Shown: positions 31,043 to 40,618, counted from the whole stretch's first letter. The stretch: 62,079 bases of DNA, filler included, from 3 parts of 3 records of this genome joined end to end with filler, not necessarily neighbours in it; one strand, 5' to 3'. Made by a program: numbers and translations. Notes: generated by a model not told the origin, from the sequence alone.

Positions 31043-31307
31043 ACGGTGCGACGCCGGACCGGAGGCGGGCTGGTGTCTTGCTGATCCGGGAATTGGCTTT
31101 TGAAAGAAGATGTCATCCCTCCTGCGTTGCTCCAATGCAGGAGGGATGCACGACTTGAAAGAGGGGCTTCGCCCTTGTTCTCAAAAGGTTTGCAGCAGGT
31201 TTTGCAATCGCCCCTTTACGGTTGTTGGATGTTTGAACTACAACTTTTTAATTGCTCGTCCCCCGCGTCGACACCGGGACATTTGGACAGATGGTTTGGA
31301 GAAATTG

Positions 31308-31601
31308 ATGACCGACTTGAAGACACTGACCCTTCACGACTTTGAAAAGCTGCTGGATCAGGTATTCGAGGTCAGGTCGGTTCCGGCTGAAATCCAGTTG
31401 TCCCTCGTGGAGGTCAAATTGATGGGCTCCGGCGAGCGGCAGGGAGGGGCTTTTTCCACGTTGTGGCAAGGTCCGCGGGAGCCATTGCTGGAGCAATCCA
31501 TCTACAGGCTCTATCGGCCGGATTTCGGCGAGCAGGACGTGTTTCTGGTTCCGGTCGCGCAAAAAGAAGCCGGCATTCAGTATGAAGCCGTGTTCACCTG
31601 A
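31308..31601 (+). CDS. DUF6916-like protein associated with tail-collar clusters
   Basis: GGAG RBS; F..LLDQVF, LSLVEV, FSTLWQGP..L.QSIY.L, VFLVPV and YEAVF at the C-terminus. Confidence 0.75.
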   Translation: MTDLKTLTLHDFEKLLDQVFEVRSVPAEIQLSLVEVKLMGSGERQGGAFSTLWQGPREPLLEQSIYRLYRPDFGEQDVFLVPVAQKEAGIQYEAVFT

Positions 31602-31658
31602 TCGCATACTGTCTGACAGGCTGGTGGCCGCCGCAGTCTGGTGGCTGGGCTCGGTTCT

Positions 31659-32207
31659 TCAGGTTTGGCAGGGGTGTTCCATGAGATCATAGACGCCCTT
31701 TTCTTCCCGCTTTTCGAAACCGAGGCGGTGATAGAGCCGCATGGCAGGATTTTCCTTTTCGACATGAATGGAAAGCGCTTTGCCAACTTCTTGCGCCTCT
31801 TCCATCAGATCCTGCAAGACGGCGCTGCCAAGGCCTTGTCCCTGTACTTCGGGTATCAAGGCGATGTCGATAATCCGGTGTTCGCGGGTCCAGCGTTCCA
31901 GGTAAAGCCTGCCAACAGGTCTGGCGTCTCGTTCTATCACCAGCCAGAGGGCATCAGGATAATGCTCCTGATAATGTCTGTGCTGGGCCTCGAATTGCAT
32001 CGCGATAAAGGCCTGCTTTTCGGCTTCCGTCCATGGAGTGCGCGCAAGCTCTGCCTCGCGCGTCGAACGGTATAGGCTTGCCAGAAACGGAAGATCGCCC
32101 GAATGCAAGGCCCGGTAGGTGATGCCCCGGGCCGCCGCGCGTGCGCGCGGGGCCAGGGACATGTCAGTCTGCGGCATCGGCAGATCGATCGCAAACGCGG
32201 TCGTCAT
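31659..32207 (-). CDS. GNAT N-acetyltransferase of tail-collar clusters
   Basis: LYRSTREAEL..QFEAQHRHY, QGQGLGS and NPAMRLYHRLGF motifs. Confidence 0.9.
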   Translation of the reverse strand: MTTAFAIDLPMPQTDMSLAPRARAAARGITYRALHSGDLPFLASLYRSTREAELARTPWTEAEKQAFIAMQFEAQHRHYQEHYPDALWLVIERDARPVGRLYLERWTREHRIIDIALIPEVQGQGLGSAVLQDLMEEAQEVGKALSIHVEKENPAMRLYHRLGFEKREEKGVYDLMEHPCQT

Positions 32208-33427
32208 TCGGTGTTCGGCGTGACGTCCCGGGTCAGTGCGCTTACGGAAAGCGGTCCGCCCATGGAAGTCCAGGTTGCCGACCAGTGATCAAGCGATATC
32301 TGCGGCAGGTAGGAAGCCGTGTTTGACGCCGGATCGAGGGCGAAAAGGCTCAGGAGCGTATTGGCGTTCGGCTGAAGTTTGAGCGTGCTGCCACCATCCG
32401 TATGGGCGATGACCCGTGGAGCCGTCCAGGAGGTTTCCACGGAACTGGTCTGGTAGCTCGCGTAGACCGGACTGTCGGATCCTGAGACAGTCAGCGCAAC
32501 CAGATAAATTCCTCCGTTGGAGGAGTTGGAAGCGGCCATGCTGCCGACAGGCGCACCAAACGTTGCAAACAGTGCCCAGTCGGAGAAGTCGAGTGAACTG
32601 ACTTCGTCCTGAGCTTTCATGTAAATATTGTTTCCGATGCGGGCAAAGATGTGAACGAGCGCATTGCCGTCCATGCAAAGGACAAGCTGTTCGAAGCCGG
32701 TCAGGCCGCCGCTGATATCTTGCCAACCTTCCCAGCCCTCCGGCAGAAGCGGCCTGTCGTTGGACTGGAAGTTCAGATAAGGCACGCCGTCCGAATTGAT
32801 GCCGGTGAGAATGATGCGGCCATCGGCGTTCTGGGTTGCAGCGAGGCTCCGCAGCGCCCCGGCCATTTGTTGCCAGTCCGCCCAGGGCTGGCTCGGCGGA
32901 ATTTCGACGGGTACCGTAACTTCAATTGGTGTCGTCGTGCCTGGCGGGACTACCGTGATGGTTTCCATCTGTACGTTGTTGTTGTTCTGGAAACGCCACC
33001 AGATGGCGTTGTCCGTCGCCGAACTTGTGACGAAAATGTTCTGCCGACCGGTGACGCCGTTGATCAGCAACGTATCATTGAAACCTGGAACACCGGCAGG
33101 TTTGCCGAGGTCAAGCGGGTCAGCAAAACGCTGTGGCGCGTTTTCGTCCCGGTTTTCCCGGATATAGGCCAGGTTTCCGGACCCGCTGTCTTCCGCAAGC
33201 AGGGCGACATAGCCTTCCTGGGTCACGGATGCGTTGAGCCGTTCGGTGGCAAAGCTTGAATTCGTTAGCTGAGTAAAGGAGGCGCTGAAAGCGCCGTTCT
33301 CAGACGTCTGATCCTTGTACTCAAGTGCCCCGTTCGGTGTGACTGCGGCAAAGAAAATCCGGAAATAGACCGGATCGGCCGTCACGTTCCCTTCAAATTC
33401 CTCGGGAACTGCTTCTTCGACTGACAT
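32204..33427 (-). CDS. Hypothetical protein, putative PLL/fucose-lectin-like beta-propeller
   Basis: GAGG RBS; repeated W..W..(L/I/M).G blades (PWADWQQMAG, GWEGWQDISGG, WSATWTSMGG); no signal peptide; overlaps the GNAT start. Confidence 0.55.
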   Translation of the reverse strand: MSVEEAVPEEFEGNVTADPVYFRIFFAAVTPNGALEYKDQTSENGAFSASFTQLTNSSFATERLNASVTQEGYVALLAEDSGSGNLAYIRENRDENAPQRFADPLDLGKPAGVPGFNDTLLINGVTGRQNIFVTSSATDNAIWWRFQNNNNVQMETITVVPPGTTTPIEVTVPVEIPPSQPWADWQQMAGALRSLAATQNADGRIILTGINSDGVPYLNFQSNDRPLLPEGWEGWQDISGGLTGFEQLVLCMDGNALVHIFARIGNNIYMKAQDEVSSLDFSDWALFATFGAPVGSMAASNSSNGGIYLVALTVSGSDSPVYASYQTSSVETSWTAPRVIAHTDGGSTLKLQPNANTLLSLFALDPASNTASYLPQISLDHWSATWTSMGGPLSVSALTRDVTPNTE

Positions 33428-33491
33428 GATGCGTTTCCTCTTGCTGATCTGAAGCCGGCGGCCTGGCCTGTCCGGCAACGTCCTGCATTGG

Positions 33492-34019
33492 TTAGCCGCG
33501 GGAGGGGTAAAGCCCCTGGAGCGCAATAATGAAGTTCAGCGTCAGATACGGCTGAACATTGTCGTGTGACTGGCCGCCGCCGGTGGCGGACAGTGTTTCC
33601 ATGGCCATGTCGACCTGGTCCGTCTGAGTGTCCGTGTGGTAAAGCGAATCCAGGCCGGAGCTGGAAAAGGAAGTCGATGACGAGGGGCCGGGAACGCCGC
33701 CGCTGCCACTGGTTGCTCGTACCGTATGAGAATGTGAGGGGATCTGCGCTTCTGTCAGGGTGACGGTCGTAACACCAACCTTTTCCCCCAGCCTGCGGGA
33801 CGTGAGGCCAGGGCCTCTGCCTGGATGCATCGGGGCGCGGCCCTGCAGATCCGGCAGACCCATGGTGCTGCGTCCATCGCCGCCGTAGGTCGTTCCAATA
33901 AGCGAGAACAACGCCGTGTTCTGGGAGATGGGAAGGAGCTGGCCGTCACAAAAGGCCCAGCTTCGAGGGGCGAAATTGCCTGCGAAAATTCGGATTTCAG
34001 CGATAAAGGGTTCCGACAT
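33492..34019 (-). CDS. Phage tail-collar domain protein 3 (MdpB/RhiB-like)
   Basis: MSEPFIAEIRIFAGNFAPRSWAFCDGQLL..LFSLIGTTYGGDG..LPDLQGR; C-terminal FIIALQGLYPSR. Confidence 0.92.
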   Translation of the reverse strand: MSEPFIAEIRIFAGNFAPRSWAFCDGQLLPISQNTALFSLIGTTYGGDGRSTMGLPDLQGRAPMHPGRGPGLTSRRLGEKVGVTTVTLTEAQIPSHSHTVRATSGSGGVPGPSSSTSFSSSGLDSLYHTDTQTDQVDMAMETLSATGGGQSHDNVQPYLTLNFIIALQGLYPSRG

Positions 34020-34029
34020 GGTTCGCCTC

Positions 34030-34548
34030 CTAATGCCTGCTGGGGTAAACGCCGTAGAGCGCAATGATGAAATGCACGCATATTGTCGGCATCAGGTTCG
34101 TGTGCGACTGGGAGCCGCCAGCGTTTGAAATCATGTCTTGCCCCATGGAAATGTCCTGACTGGCATCGGCGTAGAAGCTCACGCCAGCGCCGGCTGCCGG
34201 AACATGCGTCGCCGGCGACGTCTGGTCGGCCAGGCCAGTGTTGGCATTGAAGCCATGCGAGTGACTGGCAAGCTGGTTGACCGTGAGCGTTTCCTTTTCC
34301 GACCCGCTTTTGGAGCCGAGCCGCCGCGGGCTGAGGCCGGGGCCGGTGCCCGCGTGCAGCGGAATTCGTCCGCGCATGTCCGGCAGACCGAATGTGGTTC
34401 GGCCATCTCCGCCGTAGATGGTTCCAAGGAGTGAAAACAGGGCATCGTTCTGGGAAACTGCCAGCAGCTGACCGTCGCAGTAGGCCCAGCCGCGCGGTGC
34501 GAAATTACCCGCAAACATGCGGATTTCACCGACGAAAGGTTCAGACAT
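34030..34548 (-). CDS. Phage tail-collar domain protein 2 (MdpB/RhiB-like)
   Basis: MSEPFVGEIRMFAGNFAPRGWAYCDGQ..LPDMRGR; C-terminal FIIALYGVYPSR. Confidence 0.92.
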   Translation of the reverse strand: MSEPFVGEIRMFAGNFAPRGWAYCDGQLLAVSQNDALFSLLGTIYGGDGRTTFGLPDMRGRIPLHAGTGPGLSPRRLGSKSGSEKETLTVNQLASHSHGFNANTGLADQTSPATHVPAAGAGVSFYADASQDISMGQDMISNAGGSQSHTNLMPTICVHFIIALYGVYPSRH

Positions 34549-34566
34549 TCTATGTCCTTTCGGAGA

Positions 34567-35079
34567 TTAGTTGCGTGACGGAAACAGGCCTTGAAGGGCG
34601 ATGCAGAAATTGAGCGTCAGGTAGGGCTGCATGTTGTTGTGCGCCTGCCCGCCACCTGCGTTGGTCACGGTTCCTGATCTCATCTGTGTCATCGTGCCAA
34701 CTTCGTAAGGCCGATAGGCCTTGTCCGGTGCGATTTCGGATCCAAACAGGGCCATGTTGGGCGTTCTGCTGTTTCCTGCGGTGGAGACCGCTTTCACCGG
34801 GTGGGAATGTTCCGGGATTTCAGCTGCCGTAAGTGTGACGGTTTCCGCTCCCCCCTTCTGGCCGAGCTGATATCCGGCGCCCTCGTGGATCGGCGTCCGG
34901 CTGCGCAGGTCGGGCAGGGCGAATGTCGTCCGCCCATCTCCTCCATAGGTCGTGCCCAACAGCGAATAGAGCGACTGGTTCTGATTGATCGGCAAAATCT
35001 GTCCGTCGGTAAAAGCCCAGCCGCGTGGCGCGAAATTGAAGCCGACAATCCGTATTTCGGCGAGAAATGGTTCTGACAT
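34567..35079 (-). CDS. Phage tail-collar domain protein 1 (MdpB/RhiB-like)
   Basis: MSEPFLAEIRIVGFNFAPRGWAFTDGQ..LPDLRSR; C-terminal FCIALQGLFPSR; GGAGG RBS. Confidence 0.92.
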   Translation of the reverse strand: MSEPFLAEIRIVGFNFAPRGWAFTDGQILPINQNQSLYSLLGTTYGGDGRTTFALPDLRSRTPIHEGAGYQLGQKGGAETVTLTAAEIPEHSHPVKAVSTAGNSRTPNMALFGSEIAPDKAYRPYEVGTMTQMRSGTVTNAGGGQAHNNMQPYLTLNFCIALQGLFPSRN

Positions 35080-35338
35080 GTTTCCTCCCGTTGCTTCCGA
35101 AGGAAGTTTCGGTCTTGCAGATGTTGTCTGGATTTCCTGCTCTTGCGAATCACAGGTTGTATGAAAGAGAAATTGGACTCAAATTACATTGCAACCTTCA
35201 CATACATATATTTCAAAATGCAATTAGAAAATTCCAAAATCAGTTCCTGAATTATTGAGTGTTCGTTACTGGAAATAGTGTTAAAGATCGCCAAATTATG
35301 CAATTTTTAAGGGAATTATTCTCCTCAAAGAGGAAGAA

Positions 35339-35391
35339 ATTCAATTCTGACCAAATCTTTCAACCATAGTTAGAATTTGTCAGAATTGAAT
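35339..35391. promoter_or_regulatory. Long inverted repeat in the AT-rich divergent promoter region
   Basis: ATTCAATTCTGAC (35339-35351) and its exact reverse complement GTCAGAATTGAAT (35379-35391), with further inner symmetry. Confidence 0.55.
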
Positions 35392-35565
35392 CCTTTTTCC
35401 TGACGCAGATGTGGTCAGTCAAAAATGTGATCGGATTTGCGCTTGAATTCTATTTAAGTTTGAGCGTAGTAGAATTTAAACCAAAGATTGTTTTGATAAA
35501 AATCACGTTATAGTTGTGTTTGACAGCTAACAAAAACCGGGCCTTCGGGCCTTGGCTCTTTCTTT

Positions 35566-38500
35566 TTGGGGTGCAGCGACCGTGGTTCGCTCTGTGGTGA
35601 TTTGATGATTTGTGACGTATGGGGAGCAAGGCTCAGCAAAGCTGCGCGCGCAGGCGTCTTGTTGCGCTTCGTACAGCTGGCGTTTCTGATACTTTTTCTG
35701 GGAGCCCTGCCTGACGACGCGAAGGCGGCCTACACAGACTGTCCAAGCAATTCTGTCCCGCTCGATCCTCTCGTGTTGAACCTCACGCTGGATGAATGCA
35801 CGCGGGAAAGTGGCATCGGACCTACGACGGCGGACGACGACTGGATATTGATCCAGGATCAGGGTTCTGGAAGCAGCCTCACCAATTTCGATATCAACAA
35901 CGGTCCAAACGACCCGGGGAATGTACTCTCGTATTCCGTTACCAATGGGACGGATACCATCAACGTAACGTCGCCTGGTATTCAGACGATCGATTGTACC
36001 ACGACATGCACAATCACCGGATCCTACGGTGCTACAGGCATTAATTTCACCTATCTTGATGCCGGTTCCAGCGGCGAAGTTACTCCACCGACGACACCTC
36101 CAACATTCACCCAGGCATTTGCCCCCAGTACGATCGTGGCAAACGGCACCTCGACCGTCACATTCACGATCAACAACTCTGCGAACGGTGTGGACGCGAC
36201 ATCTCTCGATTTCACCGACAACTTGCCTTCGGGAGTGACCGTTGCCTCTCCGTCGAACGCTGCCACGACGTGTACCGGTGGCACACTTACGGCGACCAGC
36301 GGATCGGGTGTAATCAGTTACACTGGCGGAACCGCTGCGGCGGGTGCGACTTGTACCGTCAGTGCCGATGTGACGTCTGCAAGTGACGGAAGTTACGTCA
36401 ACACCACAGGTGATCTCACATCATCGCTGGGAAATTCCGGGACGTCATCTGCCACGCTGACGGTTGCCTCACCTGAAATCAACGTACAGGGCAACGGGGT
36501 AAGCATTGCCAGTGGGGATACGACCCCTTCGGCGGCAGATGATACCGAATTCGGCAGCGTCTCTGTTTCGAGCGGTACAAATCCAAATACCTTCACAATC
36601 CAGAACACGGGTAATGGTACGCTCTCACTGACCAGTGTGACATCCTCTGACAACGCACAATTCGCGGTGTCGGGGACAACGGCCGGTTCGATACCGTCTT
36701 CGGGATCTGTGACCTTCACGGTCACCTTCGATCCGTCCGCGACGGGCTTGCAAACGTCAACGATTACGATCGTCTCGAGCGACGCGGATGAGAGTCCCTA
36801 TACGTTCAGTGTTCAAGGAACAGGCATTGCACCCGAGATCGACGTCCAGGGAAACGGCGTCAGTATTGCCAGCGGGGATACGTCTCCGAGTGCGGCAGAT
36901 GATACCGACTTCGGGAGTGTTGCGGTTTCGAGCGGATCTGTGGCTAATACGTTCACCATCGAGAACACAGGAACCGACACGCTGACGCTTACAAGTGTAA
37001 CGTCGTCGGACAACACCCAGTTCGCCATTTCCGGTACGACAAGCGGATCGATCGCAACTTTGGGGTCTTCGACCTTTACCGTCACTTTTGATCCCAACGC
37101 CGGTGGGAACCAGACTGCGACGATCACCATCGTTTCCGATGACATCGATGAAGGGACTTACACGTTCACGGTACAAGGGACTGGTATCGCGCCAGAGATC
37201 AACGTTCAGGGGAACGGGACAAGTATCGTCAGTGGCGATACGACGCCGTCCGCAGCGGATGATACCGACTTCGGCAACGTTTCGGTTGCGAGCGGATCCA
37301 ACGCAAATACGTTCACGATCCAGAACACCGGAACAGATGCACTGACGCTGACGAGCGTGACATCTTCCGACAACACACAATTCGCATTATCCGGCACGAC
37401 CAGCGGCTCGATCGCCGCCTTGGGGTCTGTGACCTTCACGGTCACTTTTGATCCCAATGCGCTGGGAACGCAGACGTCGACAATCACGATTGAATCCAAC
37501 GATCCCGACGAAGGAACATACACATTCAGGGTACAGGGCACAGGTGTGGCACCGGAGATCAACGTCCAGGGGAACGGCACTAGTATCGCCAGTGGTGATA
37601 TAACGCCGTCGGCTGCGGACGACACCGACTTCGGTAGTGTTTCAGTGTCCAGCGGAACCAATGCGAATGTCTTCACGATCCAGAACACGGGTACGGACAC
37701 GCTGACGCTGACGAGCGTGACATCCTCGGACAATACGCAATTTGCGGTGTCGGGCACGACGAGCGGTTCGATCGCCGCCCTGGGGTCGGTGACGTTCACG
37801 GTCACTTTTGATCCCAATGCGCTTGGAACCCAAACGTCGACGATCACGATTGACTCCAACGATGCCGACGAGGGAACCTACACATTCAGGGTACAGGGCA
37901 CGGGAACGTCCACGCCGAGTTTCACGCAGTCCTTTGCTCCAGCGACCATTCTGTCAGGTGGAACCTCGACGGTTTCCTTCGTCATCAACAACTCCGCCAA
38001 CGCGGTCGCCGCGACCTCGCTGGATTTCACCGACAATCTCCCCGCAGGATTGACAGTTGCCTCGCCTGCAAACGCCTCAACCACCTGCACCGGGGGAACG
38101 ATAACGGCGACGACAGGTTCTAGTGTGATTTCCTACACGGGAGGCACCGTTGCGGCCGGGGGCAGCTGTTCCTTGAGCGCGGACGTTACCGGCTCCACAG
38201 ATGGTTCCTTCGCGAACACAACTGGGGACCTGACCTCCAGCCTTGGAAACTCCGGAACGTCTTCAAGCACTCTGACTGTTGCTACTCCCGAAATCGACGT
38301 GCAGCGTCCCGCAGGAAACTCTATTGCGGATAACGGAACGGATGCTCAGGGAACAGTAAACGTGGGAGACCAGCAAACACTGGTCTACACGATCGAAAAC
38401 ACGGGTACCGCGACGCTTACCCTGACCGGAACGCCAACCAGTGCCTCGGCAGGCAATGTTTCGGTCGATTCAATCTCCGCGCCGGGGCTCACAACGCTCG

Positions 38501-40572
38501 CGGGTGGTGCATCGACCACCTTCACTGTTCTCTACACGCCTACTGCAATTGGCAATTTTTCGTTCGAACTCGATATTCTCAGCGATGACGCCGACGAACC
38601 CACGTATGACATCCTGGTGAGCGGTACTGCGATTGGCAGTCCGGAAATCGAGGTTTCATCGTCGACAGGCAATGCCGTATCGGACGGGGGGACAGACACC
38701 GTTCCCGGAATTGTCATGCCGGGAACAACGTCAACCATCACTTACACGATCACGAACACCGGGTCGGCTGTCCTCAACCTCACAACTCCAACGGTTGGTG
38801 CGAATGTTACCGGCACAAGCAACGTCACAGTCAACAGCTTCACATTGAGTTCCAACACCGTAAGCAGCGGTGGCGGAACGGCGACGCTGGCTGTGGCCTA
38901 TACGCCAACAGCGCCTGGAGCGTTCGGGTTCGACTTCAACTTCGCCAATGACGATGCGGACGAAAACCCCTTCAACGTATCGGTGAGCGGGACGGCAAGC
39001 GGGGCGGCGGCGGCGCTGTCGGTCGTGTCGGGGTCCGGGCAAAGTTCCGGAGTCGGAACCCGGTTCGAGGCAGTTCTCGTCGCGAGAGCGACAGACGTCA
39101 ACAACAACGCTGCTGCAGGTGTCAGTGTAACATTCACTGCACCGGCCGGTGGCGCGTCACTGACATTTGCGAGCACGGGAACCAACACGGAAACGGTGAC
39201 CACGGCTGCGGACGGAACGGCGATCAGTTCCGTCATGACCGCAAACGCGGTTGCCTCGTCCTATAACGGCGGTGGTGCTCTCACGCCATATTCGGTGACG
39301 GCGAGTGCCACGGGGCTGAGCAGCGTCAGCTTCTCTCTCACCAATGACCGGGATGCATCGGCCGATATCCAGAAAACGAAGGAAGTGATTGCCTCCTTCG
39401 TGACAAGCCGGGCCAATGCGATCGTGTCCGGACAGCCTGATATCGTCTCGCGCCTGACCAGCGGCCCCTTTGGGCGGCAGCGTGGGCGCAACGGATTCAA
39501 TTTCGACGTTACGCCCACCTCGCAGTCCGGAAACTTCCAGTTCTCCCTGCGCGCCTTTGCCAATTCTCTTCAACAAGGTGGTGGCACTGGAAACAATGCG
39601 GCAATGGCAGGAGCCGGGAGCGGCGTTCGCGCGGCGAATGCCGAGCCGGAACGGTACGCGGTCTTTGACAATTTCACCTCCTCCGGCACGATGAGTTACA
39701 CGGCCGTTGGTCCGCAGGTGATGCAGGATGATACCCTCGCGATCCTGAGCGGCACCAACGGAGATGCATCTTCAGGCGGCGAGGGCAGTGCCGAGTGGCA
39801 GTCGGGATGGGACTTCTGGGCCCAGGGAACGTATGCAATTACCGACAACAACAGCAGCAACAGCAAGACCGGGCTGTTTTTTGCCGGGGTCGACTATCGC
39901 TACAAGGACCGGGCCGTCCTGGGCTTGTTGGGGCAGCTCGACCTGACCGAGGAAAGAAACGGTGCCGCCGATACCTCCGCCGACGGCGTCGGCTGGATGG
40001 CTGGCCCTTATGCTGTTCTCCGGGTTCATCAGAATTTCTACCTGGATGGTCTGGCGACGTATGGCCAGTCCTACAACACCGTGAACGCGCTTGGACTTTT
40101 CGAAGATGATTTCAGAACCCAGCGGTTTCTGTTGCAGGGCGGTTTGACTGGCGACTTCAAGCTCAGTGAAACGACCAGGGTCAGTCCATTTGCCCGCATC
40201 ACCTATTACTACGAAGAACAGGAAAGCTACACGGACACATTGGGGCGGCTGATCCCGTCACAGGATTTCGATCTGGGGCGGCTCGAGTTCGGACCAAAGG
40301 TCTCCTGGGACCTGCAGTTGAACGAGCTGCTGTTCTCGCCGTTCCTGTCGCTCTCCGGGATCTACGACTTCAACAAGTTGCAGGACGATACCCCGACGGA
40401 TGCGACGCTTGCCTCTTCCGATGAAGATCTGCGGGCACGTGTGGAAGCTGGCGCGGGTCTGCTGGTGCCTGGCCGTAACATCCAGATTTCCGGGGAGGGC
40501 TTTTACGACGGGATCGGGACGTCCGACTTCCGCTCGTATGGTGCAACGCTTAACGTCACCATTCCGTTCTGA
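35566..40572 (+). CDS. Large autotransporter adhesin with Ig-like (choice-of-anchor D-like) repeats
   Basis: Signal peptide (..DDAKA), Thr/Ser-rich beta-sandwich repeats and a C-terminal beta-barrel ending in an aromatic residue (LNVTIPF). Start codon uncertain. Confidence 0.88.
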   Translation: MGCSDRGSLCGDLMICDVWGARLSKAARAGVLLRFVQLAFLILFLGALPDDAKAAYTDCPSNSVPLDPLVLNLTLDECTRESGIGPTTADDDWILIQDQGSGSSLTNFDINNGPNDPGNVLSYSVTNGTDTINVTSPGIQTIDCTTTCTITGSYGATGINFTYLDAGSSGEVTPPTTPPTFTQAFAPSTIVANGTSTVTFTINNSANGVDATSLDFTDNLPSGVTVASPSNAATTCTGGTLTATSGSGVISYTGGTAAAGATCTVSADVTSASDGSYVNTTGDLTSSLGNSGTSSATLTVASPEINVQGNGVSIASGDTTPSAADDTEFGSVSVSSGTNPNTFTIQNTGNGTLSLTSVTSSDNAQFAVSGTTAGSIPSSGSVTFTVTFDPSATGLQTSTITIVSSDADESPYTFSVQGTGIAPEIDVQGNGVSIASGDTSPSAADDTDFGSVAVSSGSVANTFTIENTGTDTLTLTSVTSSDNTQFAISGTTSGSIATLGSSTFTVTFDPNAGGNQTATITIVSDDIDEGTYTFTVQGTGIAPEINVQGNGTSIVSGDTTPSAADDTDFGNVSVASGSNANTFTIQNTGTDALTLTSVTSSDNTQFALSGTTSGSIAALGSVTFTVTFDPNALGTQTSTITIESNDPDEGTYTFRVQGTGVAPEINVQGNGTSIASGDITPSAADDTDFGSVSVSSGTNANVFTIQNTGTDTLTLTSVTSSDNTQFAVSGTTSGSIAALGSVTFTVTFDPNALGTQTSTITIDSNDADEGTYTFRVQGTGTSTPSFTQSFAPATILSGGTSTVSFVINNSANAVAATSLDFTDNLPAGLTVASPANASTTCTGGTITATTGSSVISYTGGTVAAGGSCSLSADVTGSTDGSFANTTGDLTSSLGNSGTSSSTLTVATPEIDVQRPAGNSIADNGTDAQGTVNVGDQQTLVYTIENTGTATLTLTGTPTSASAGNVSVDSISAPGLTTLAGGASTTFTVLYTPTAIGNFSFELDILSDDADEPTYDILVSGTAIGSPEIEVSSSTGNAVSDGGTDTVPGIVMPGTTSTITYTITNTGSAVLNLTTPTVGANVTGTSNVTVNSFTLSSNTVSSGGGTATLAVAYTPTAPGAFGFDFNFANDDADENPFNVSVSGTASGAAAALSVVSGSGQSSGVGTRFEAVLVARATDVNNNAAAGVSVTFTAPAGGASLTFASTGTNTETVTTAADGTAISSVMTANAVASSYNGGGALTPYSVTASATGLSSVSFSLTNDRDASADIQKTKEVIASFVTSRANAIVSGQPDIVSRLTSGPFGRQRGRNGFNFDVTPTSQSGNFQFSLRAFANSLQQGGGTGNNAAMAGAGSGVRAANAEPERYAVFDNFTSSGTMSYTAVGPQVMQDDTLAILSGTNGDASSGGEGSAEWQSGWDFWAQGTYAITDNNSSNSKTGLFFAGVDYRYKDRAVLGLLGQLDLTEERNGAADTSADGVGWMAGPYAVLRVHQNFYLDGLATYGQSYNTVNALGLFEDDFRTQRFLLQGGLTGDFKLSETTRVSPFARITYYYEEQESYTDTLGRLIPSQDFDLGRLEFGPKVSWDLQLNELLFSPFLSLSGIYDFNKLQDDTPTDATLASSDEDLRARVEAGAGLLVPGRNIQISGEGFYDGIGTSDFRSYGATLNVTIPF
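36472..37911 (+). repeat. Four tandem 360-bp (120-aa) intragenic repeats
   Basis: Units starting PEI(N/D)VQGNG at 36472, 36832, 37192 and 37552. Two further divergent copies at about 38287-38994; a second repeat type (FTQ.FAP.TI..) at about 36100 and 37915. Confidence 0.92.
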
Positions 40573-40574
40573 TG

Positions 40575-40618
40575 AGAACAGACCAGCCTCCGGCAGTTGC
40601 CGGAGGCTGGTCTGTTCT
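40575..40618. terminator. 21-bp perfect inverted repeat between convergent genes (terminator or REP-like)
   Basis: AGAACAGACCAGCCTCCGGCA-GT-TGCCGGAGGCTGGTCTGTTCT. Confidence 0.7.

Noticed and set aside
33492-35079. Tail-collar genes as the tail module of the surrounding prophage or of an eCIS/tailocin
   Set aside because: They lie on the opposite strand to the phage late genes, lack fibre shafts and have no sheath, tube or baseplate neighbours; the GNAT/DUF6916 context indicates a separate module.
33492-35079. Link to microcystin from the family name 'microcystin-dependent protein'
   Set aside because: The name is historical; there are no NRPS/PKS genes or cyanobacterial signal here.
36472-37911. 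Tandem repeats as a CRISPR array or DGR template/variable repeats
   Set aside because: They are in-frame 360-bp coding repeats with mostly synonymous differences; there are no spacers, cas genes or reverse transcriptase.
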